DNA of 63,539 bases from Alistipes sp. (GTDB lineage Bacteria; Bacteroidota; Bacteroidia; Bacteroidales; Rikenellaceae). The notes beneath the pieces are model-generated. The model was given only the letters and a program-made list of their open reading frames with translations. It did not search any database and was not told the DNA's origin. The position numbers and the translations under genes are program-made. The stretch lies in NCBI RefSeq assembly GCF_021204515.1, contig NZ_JAJPZH010000037.1. One strand, given 5' to 3'. Positions 57,778 to 63,539 of the stretch are shown piece after piece; position 1 is the stretch's first letter; every line of letters starts with the position of its first letter.

Positions 57778-57972
57778 GGTTTCGGATTTTTTCGGTTTGT
57801 GGGTTTTCGGTTGAAACAAAATTCCAAAAAATGTCCGCTCCGTGTTTGTTATTTATGTTCAAAACCATTAAAAAATAGCCAATTTTAAAAAATCATACAT
57901 TTTGGACGAAAAACGAAAGCGTTTTCATCCGGGAACGAATACCTTGCACCTGCCAAACTTAAAACAACGACA

Positions 57973-59379
57973 ATGAACTGCAAACCCCTTTGTAAAGGTC
58001 TTCTGGGAACGGGCGTCTGTCTGGCCGCCGCCCTGCCGGCCGCCGCTGCGGGAGATTCCGGGCGGCCCAACATCCTTTTTATCGTCGCCGACGATCTGGG
58101 CTGGGGCGATGTCGGCTACCACGGCAGCGTGATCCCCACGCCCAATATCGATTCGCTCGCCCGCCGGGGCGTTGAAATGGACCGCTTCTATTCGGCTCCC
58201 GTCAGTTCTCCCGCCCGCGCGGGTTTGCTGACCGGCCGTTATCCCAGCCGTTTCGGCATCCGCGAGACGGTGATTCCTCCGTGGCGCGATTACGGACTCG
58301 ACCCTGCCGAGCAGACGCTTGCCGACCTGCTGGCGGCCAACGGCTACGCCAACCGCGCGATGGTCGGCAAATGGCATCTGGGCCACGGCCGGCTGGCCTA
58401 TCACCCGCTCAACCGCGGATTCAACCATTTCTACGGCTGCCTGAACGGGGCGATCGACTATTTTTCGCACGAGCGCGAAAACGAACTCGACTGGCACCGC
58501 GACTGGGAGCCGTGCTACGACAAAGGCTATTCGACCGACCTGATCGCCGACGAGGCGGTTCGCTGCATCGGGGAATACGCGCACGCGGACGAACCTTATT
58601 TCCTCTACGTGGCGTTCAACGCTCCGCATGGACCCTGTCAGGCTCCCGAAGAGGAGATCGCCGAACATATCTCGCTCGAACAGTTCGCAAAACTCAAACC
58701 CCGCCAGAAAGCGGCGTATACCTACCGCGCGATGGTGTCGCGCATGGACAAGGGCATCGGTCGGATTCTCGAAGCGCTGGACCGCAGCGGCGAACTGGAA
58801 AACACGCTGATTCTCTTTATGAGCGACAACGGCGGAGTCCCCAACCTGCCCGGCGGTTCGACCTGCAGTCCGCTGCGCGGCCATAAGTTTCAGGAGTGGG
58901 ACGGCGGCGTGCGTGTTCCGGCCCTCCTTTGCTGGAAAGGCCGTTTCCTGAGCGGCGTCCGGCTTCCGCAGGTCGCTGCGTTCGTCGATCTGGCGCCGAC
59001 CGTCGCCGCGCTGATCGGCGCCGGGGAACCCGCCCGCCCGTACGACGGTGTGAGCCTGCTGCCGGTGCTTACGGGCCGGGAGCCGGTTTTCCCCCGCGAT
59101 CTCTATCTCGGCTGCGGCGCTGCGGTCTGCGACGATTACAAACTGGTGCTCGAAGGGCGCAATCCGAAGATGAAGATCGACTCCGATTTTCTGGTCTATT
59201 ATCCCGAAGACGCCTATGAGACGACCAACCGGATCGCCGAACACGCCGTCGAGGCCGAACGCCTGCGCAGTTTCATCCGCTGTTACGACACGATCCGTCC
59301 TGCCCACGAAGAACTGCCCTACGGCTATGGCAAGGAGGGATTCAAGGCGCCCAAGGAGTGGCGCGTAACCAAACCCTGA
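57973..59379 (+). CDS. arylsulfatase (S1, Ser-type, arylsulfatase B-like)
   Basis: RPNILFIVADDLG, SSPARAGLLTG, GKWH, FNAPH, SDNGG. Confidence 0.92.
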   Translation: MNCKPLCKGLLGTGVCLAAALPAAAAGDSGRPNILFIVADDLGWGDVGYHGSVIPTPNIDSLARRGVEMDRFYSAPVSSPARAGLLTGRYPSRFGIRETVIPPWRDYGLDPAEQTLADLLAANGYANRAMVGKWHLGHGRLAYHPLNRGFNHFYGCLNGAIDYFSHERENELDWHRDWEPCYDKGYSTDLIADEAVRCIGEYAHADEPYFLYVAFNAPHGPCQAPEEEIAEHISLEQFAKLKPRQKAAYTYRAMVSRMDKGIGRILEALDRSGELENTLILFMSDNGGVPNLPGGSTCSPLRGHKFQEWDGGVRVPALLCWKGRFLSGVRLPQVAAFVDLAPTVAALIGAGEPARPYDGVSLLPVLTGREPVFPRDLYLGCGAAVCDDYKLVLEGRNPKMKIDSDFLVYYPEDAYETTNRIAEHAVEAERLRSFIRCYDTIRPAHEELPYGYGKEGFKAPKEWRVTKP

Positions 59380-59398
59380 TCTTAAAAACAGAACCGAT

Positions 59399-60496
59399 AT
59401 GAAAAAATTCATTCTCTGCGCCGCGGCCGCCTTTATGCTGTTTCCCGCGCCCCGCGCCGCAGCCCAGAGCCGCAAGGCGAAACTGGCGGCTGTCGAAGCC
59501 CACCGGCAGGCCGTCCATATCAAGACCGACGGCTGGATCCGCGATCCCTACATCATTCTCGGACCCGACGGCATGTACTACCTGACCGGCACCACGCCCC
59601 GTCCGGGCGACCCGCGGGAGAAGTCCGACAAATACAACACCGGTCTGGGCGACGCTTCGATCGTCGGCCCTGCGGTTCAGTTGTGGCGCAGTCCCGATCT
59701 GGTGGACTGGGAGTACCTCGGAACGCCCTATACGCTCGACGACGCTTCGTCTTGGGCCAAGGAGCGCAACAAATCCCCGATGCGGCTGATCTGGGCGCCG
59801 GAACTGCACTGGGACGCCGATAACGGGCGCTGGATGCTGGTGCACTGTCCCCGCAACGTGAGCTGTCTGGCCGTGACCCGAGGAGCCGACATCCGCGGTC
59901 CGTGGACGCATCCCGCTCCCAAAGCCTTCTACCAGAAACACGATCCCTCGCTCTTCCGCGACGACGACGGCACTTGGTACTTCCTCTTCGCCAACACGAA
60001 AATCGCTCCCGTCAAGTCCGATTTCAGCGGACTGGCCGCCGAACCGGTGCGGATCGATCCGTCGAACCGGGTGATCGGCCACGAGGGGGCCACGATGCGT
60101 AAAATCGGGAACAAATACGTGCATTTCGGCACGGCGTGGTCCACCGACAAAGGCCGCCACGGCTCCTACAACCTTTATTACTGTACTTCCGACAAATCGA
60201 CCGGTCCCTACTCCGAGCGCCGTTTCGCGGGGCGTTTCCTCGGTCACGGCACTCCGTTTCAGGACAAGGCGGGCAACTGGTGGTGTACGGCGTTCTTCAA
60301 CGGCAACGTGCCGCCGCTGGACAGCCGCGGCATCCAGACCCGCGATCTGAGCGAAGACGCCCAGACCATCAATCCGCAGGGCGTAACCATCGTTCCGCTC
60401 GAAGTGAAAGTGCTCGACGACGGCGACGTCCGTATCCGGGCCGTCGATCCGCGTTACGGCACTCCGGGACCCGACGAAGTGCAGCAATTCGACTGA
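59399..60496 (+). CDS. glycoside hydrolase family 43
   Basis: Signal peptide; IRDPYI, IWAPEL, HDPSLF, GHEGA, GHGTPF. Confidence 0.87.
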   Translation: MKKFILCAAAAFMLFPAPRAAAQSRKAKLAAVEAHRQAVHIKTDGWIRDPYIILGPDGMYYLTGTTPRPGDPREKSDKYNTGLGDASIVGPAVQLWRSPDLVDWEYLGTPYTLDDASSWAKERNKSPMRLIWAPELHWDADNGRWMLVHCPRNVSCLAVTRGADIRGPWTHPAPKAFYQKHDPSLFRDDDGTWYFLFANTKIAPVKSDFSGLAAEPVRIDPSNRVIGHEGATMRKIGNKYVHFGTAWSTDKGRHGSYNLYYCTSDKSTGPYSERRFAGRFLGHGTPFQDKAGNWWCTAFFNGNVPPLDSRGIQTRDLSEDAQTINPQGVTIVPLEVKVLDDGDVRIRAVDPRYGTPGPDEVQQFD

Positions 60497-60524
60497 ACGG
60501 AATTTTCCGTCTCTGCATTCCCGT

Positions 60525-60561
60525 CTGCGAATTGTCCTCCGGGGCGGTTCGCAGCTTTTTT
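60525..60561 (+). terminator. intrinsic terminator
   Basis: Stem ctgcgaattgtcc/gggcggttcgcag (G-U pairs) followed by T6. Confidence 0.7.
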
Positions 60562-60609
60562 CTGCAACGAACCGGTTCAATGCGGTCTGGTTTTATTCCA
60601 TATTTTTAT

Positions 60610-60617
60610 TACTTTTG
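60610..60617 (+). promoter_or_regulatory. Bacteroidota -7 promoter element for anSME
   Basis: TACTTTTG matches TAnnTTTG, 21 nt upstream of the ATG. Confidence 0.55.
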
Positions 60618-60638
60618 TCCGGACTTTCCTGCTGACCT

Positions 60639-61901
60639 ATGAAATCAAAAGATATCTTTACCTTCCGCGACGCCGAGAAACAGGCCGGCCCCGTGGCTTT
60701 TTCGACGATGCTCAAACCGGCCGGTTCGGCCTGTAAGCTCGACTGCCACTACTGCTACTACCTCGACAAGGCGGTGCAGTACGGCGGACGGCAGGCCGTG
60801 ATGAGCGACGAACTGCTGGAACTTTACGTCAAACAATATATCGAGGCCAACGAGGTCGATACCGTCCAGTTCTGCTGGCACGGCGGCGAACCGCTGCTGC
60901 TGGGCGTCGGCTTCTACCGCCGGGCCATGGAGCTGCAGCAGAAATACGCCGACGGCAAACGCATCGAAAATATCCTTCAGACCAACGGCACGCTGGTCGA
61001 TGAAGCGTGGTGCGACCTGTTTGCATCCAACAATTTTCTGGTGGGCGTCTCGCTCGACGGTCCCGAAGACATCCACGACGCTTTCCGCCTTACCAAAGGC
61101 GGCAAGCCGACCTTCGCGCGCGTCATGGAGACCGTGCGGATGTTCGAGCGCAGCGGCGTGGAATTCAATACGCTGAGCGTGGTGAACCGCCGCTGCGAAG
61201 GCCGCGGCGCCGAGATCTACCGCTTCTTCCGCGACACGGTCCACAGCAAATACATGCAGTTCCTGCCCGCCGTGGAGCATGTCGTCGATAAACCGGGCTT
61301 CCACCGTCCGCTAATCGTCTCCCCCGACCGCGAAGGTGCGCGGCTGGCCGAATGGTCCGTCACGGCCGAAGGCTACGGGCGTTTCCTGTGCGACGTTTTC
61401 GACCAGTGGGTCGTGGGCGACGTGGGACGCTATTACGTCCAGATGTTCGACGCCTCGCTGGCCCAGTGGTGCGGCGTGCAGCCGGGCGTCTGCTCGATGG
61501 GCGAGACGTGCGGCGATGCGCTGGTCGTCGAGCACAACGGCGACGTCTACTCCTGCGACCACTTCGTCTATCCCGAATACAAACTGGGCAATATCGCCCA
61601 GACGCCGTTGGATAAGATTTACCGTACGGCCAAACGCCGCGAATTCGGACTCAACAAGCGCAACACGCTGCCCTCGGAATGCCTGCGCTGCAAATTCTAC
61701 TTCGCCTGCCGGGGCGAATGTCCCAAGCACCGCTTCGACCGCGGCGCCGACGGAAGTCCCAAAAACTCGCTCTGCGAAGGGCTGAAAATCTACTTCCGCC
61801 ACGTGGAACCCTACATGGAATACATGCGCGACCTGCTTTCGAAACAGCAGGCTCCGGCGTGGGTCATGCCCTTCGCCCGCAAACGCATGGGGCTGGAATA
61901 A
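60639..61901 (+). CDS. anaerobic sulfatase-maturating enzyme (anSME/ChuR, radical SAM-SPASM)
   Basis: KPAGSACKLDCHYCYY, WHGGEP, QTNGT, SLDG, EHNGDVYSCDHFVY, C..C.....C...CPKHR. Confidence 0.93.
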   Translation: MKSKDIFTFRDAEKQAGPVAFSTMLKPAGSACKLDCHYCYYLDKAVQYGGRQAVMSDELLELYVKQYIEANEVDTVQFCWHGGEPLLLGVGFYRRAMELQQKYADGKRIENILQTNGTLVDEAWCDLFASNNFLVGVSLDGPEDIHDAFRLTKGGKPTFARVMETVRMFERSGVEFNTLSVVNRRCEGRGAEIYRFFRDTVHSKYMQFLPAVEHVVDKPGFHRPLIVSPDREGARLAEWSVTAEGYGRFLCDVFDQWVVGDVGRYYVQMFDASLAQWCGVQPGVCSMGETCGDALVVEHNGDVYSCDHFVYPEYKLGNIAQTPLDKIYRTAKRREFGLNKRNTLPSECLRCKFYFACRGECPKHRFDRGADGSPKNSLCEGLKIYFRHVEPYMEYMRDLLSKQQAPAWVMPFARKRMGLE

Positions 61902-61922
61902 CCCTGCCCGGCATACGAATAC

Positions 61923-61954
61923 GCCTGCATCCTTCTCCGGGTGCAGGCTTATTT
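61923..61954. terminator. hairpin between convergent anSME and MFS genes, candidate terminator
   Basis: Stem gcctgcatcc/gggtgcaggc followed by ttattt. Confidence 0.55.
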
Positions 61955-61973
61955 GTGTCCGGCGGACGCCGCC

Positions 61974-63494
61974 CTATTCGGGTTTTGTCCGGTAAGTGGT
62001 CGTCTTATCGGTTTTTCCGGAGACGGCCTCATCCGGCGAAGGGGTTGCCGTGCCTTTCAGTCCGCTTTTTTCCGGCCGTTTTTTCCGGAATACCCCCAGC
62101 AGCAGCAGCGCCGCCAGCGTGATGACCGCCACCACGCGCAGGGCGTCCGTGACCCCTTCGACGTAGGTCTGCGCCGCGGAGATGGTCTCGTGTGCGGCGT
62201 GGTAGGAGGTCCGTGCCGAGAAGATCACCGTCAGGAGGGCGATTCCGATGCTCCCGGCCAGCTGTTTGATGCTGTTCGAAATGCCGGCCGCCGCGGCCAT
62301 GTCCTGCTGGGTGAGATTCTTGAGCGAGAAGAGGTTGAGCGGCGCGAACGTGAGTCCCATGCCGAAGCCGCGCAGATAGAGTATGAAGAGAATGTGCCCG
62401 TGCGTGGTGTGGAGGGTGAACCGGCTGGCGAGCCAGAAACTCAGCGCCATGACCAGAATGCCCGCCGCGCTCAGCAGCAGCGGTCTGACGTAGCGGGTCA
62501 GATAGCCCGAAACGGCCGAGAGCACGCCCTGAATCACACCCACGGGCAGAAACATGCTTCCCGCCGCCAGCGCCGTATACCCCAGCCCCCGCTGCATGTA
62601 GAGCGGCAGCAGGTAGGTGCCGCCGAGCATGCCGACGGCGAAGAGCGTCAGCACGGCCATCGAAATTCCGAAATTGCGCTCCGCGAGCAGCCGGATTTGC
62701 AGCAGCGGCGCGGGATTGCGCAGTTCCGCGGCGATGAACCACGCCAGCGCTGCCCCCGCGACGATGAAACAGCCGATCACCTCGGGCGCGCTCCAGCCGC
62801 CGGGATTCGACGGCGAATTGCCCCGCGCCAGCGCGTAGATCGCCAGCGGCATGAAGAGCACGATGGCCGCGAACCCCTGCCAGTCGAACGGGCTGCGCGT
62901 CTGGTCCTTCCACTCCTTCTGGACGAATGCCGCGAGCAGGATGGCCAGCAGCCCCACCGGCACGTTTACGTCGAATATCCTGTGCCAGCTGTACGCATCG
63001 ACCAGATAGCCGCCCAGCAGCGGCCCGAACGAGATCGAAGCCGCCGCGGCCATCGACCACAGACCCAGCGCCAGACCACGCTCTTCGGGTTTGAATTCGC
63101 GTGTCACGATCGCCAGTCCCAGCGCTTGGATAATGCCGCTTCCTACGCCCTGCAAGGCCCGCGCCCCGATCAGGAACGGGTCGCTCGAAGCCTTGCCGCA
63201 GAGCCACGAGCCGAGCGTGAACAGCACCAGTCCGAGGATATAGACACGTTTGTTGCCGAACCGGTCCGCAAACCACCCCGCCGAAGGGAGCATGATCGTC
63301 ATCGTAATCATGTAGGCCGTGATGACCCACTCGGCCGACGAGATGCCGATGCCGAACGCCGACATGATCGCCGGCAGTCCGACGTTCACCACCGTCACGT
63401 CCAGTACGGCCATGAACGTTCCGAGCATGATCATGCCCAGAATCCACCATATGTAGCCGCTGCACCGTCGTATGAGTTCGCGCACGTTTGCCAT
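61974..63494 (-). CDS. DHA2 (EmrB/QacA) family MFS efflux transporter
   Basis: LDVTVVNVGLP, WVITAY, GWFADRFGNKR, GPLLGG, WHRIFDVNVP; many hydrophobic segments; start uncertain (63494 or 63524). Confidence 0.9.
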   Translation of the reverse strand: MANVRELIRRCSGYIWWILGMIMLGTFMAVLDVTVVNVGLPAIMSAFGIGISSAEWVITAYMITMTIMLPSAGWFADRFGNKRVYILGLVLFTLGSWLCGKASSDPFLIGARALQGVGSGIIQALGLAIVTREFKPEERGLALGLWSMAAAASISFGPLLGGYLVDAYSWHRIFDVNVPVGLLAILLAAFVQKEWKDQTRSPFDWQGFAAIVLFMPLAIYALARGNSPSNPGGWSAPEVIGCFIVAGAALAWFIAAELRNPAPLLQIRLLAERNFGISMAVLTLFAVGMLGGTYLLPLYMQRGLGYTALAAGSMFLPVGVIQGVLSAVSGYLTRYVRPLLLSAAGILVMALSFWLASRFTLHTTHGHILFILYLRGFGMGLTFAPLNLFSLKNLTQQDMAAAAGISNSIKQLAGSIGIALLTVIFSARTSYHAAHETISAAQTYVEGVTDALRVVAVITLAALLLLGVFRKKRPEKSGLKGTATPSPDEAVSGKTDKTTTYRTKPE

Positions 63495-63539
63495 CGCGCG
63501 GCAATGCGTCAAAAAAAATGCCACCCTGCGGCAGCGGAC

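Noticed and set aside
61974-63494. MFS transporter as part of the PUL or the lipid cluster
   Set aside because: Convergent orientation, separated by a hairpin, no supporting link
1-63539. CRISPR arrays, tRNA/rRNA, IS elements, integrases, invertible promoters
   Set aside because: None seen by eye; intergenic spaces are short and mostly explained by terminators and promoters. A small ncRNA cannot be excluded without an Rfam search

Overview
GC-rich Bacteroidota DNA; gene content and promoter style suggest Alistipes/Rikenellaceae (inference). The window has two large modules. (1) 2584-25390, minus strand: a 21-gene, translationally coupled, terminator-bounded aryl-polyene/flexirubin-like type II FAS/PKS lipid cluster. 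It encodes an aromatic ammonia-lyase, FabG, 3 ketosynthases (one fused to a CLF-like domain), a stand-alone CLF-like protein, 2 ACPs, 2 dehydratases, a thioesterase, an LpxL-type acyltransferase, a B12-binding radical SAM enzyme, a deacetylase, LolA, GT2, an MMPL-acyltransferase-methyltransferase fusion, a phytoene-desaturase-like oxidoreductase, a C45 Ntn enzyme, an aryl-CoA ligase and an exported hypothetical protein. No recognisable DarA/DarB is present. (2) 25574-61901: a ~36 kb polysaccharide utilisation locus with SusC/SusD, an HTCS, a BACON/GLUG-like surface lipoprotein, seven Ser-type sulfatases, 2 GH2, 3 GH43 (one apparently catalytically degenerate), GH127/146, a GH5_13-like enzyme and a mutarotase, followed by an anaerobic sulfatase maturase. 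A GH36 alpha-galactosidase and a DHA2 MFS transporter flank the modules. No RNA genes, CRISPR arrays or mobile elements were seen. All family assignments come from motif recognition by eye, not database searches.
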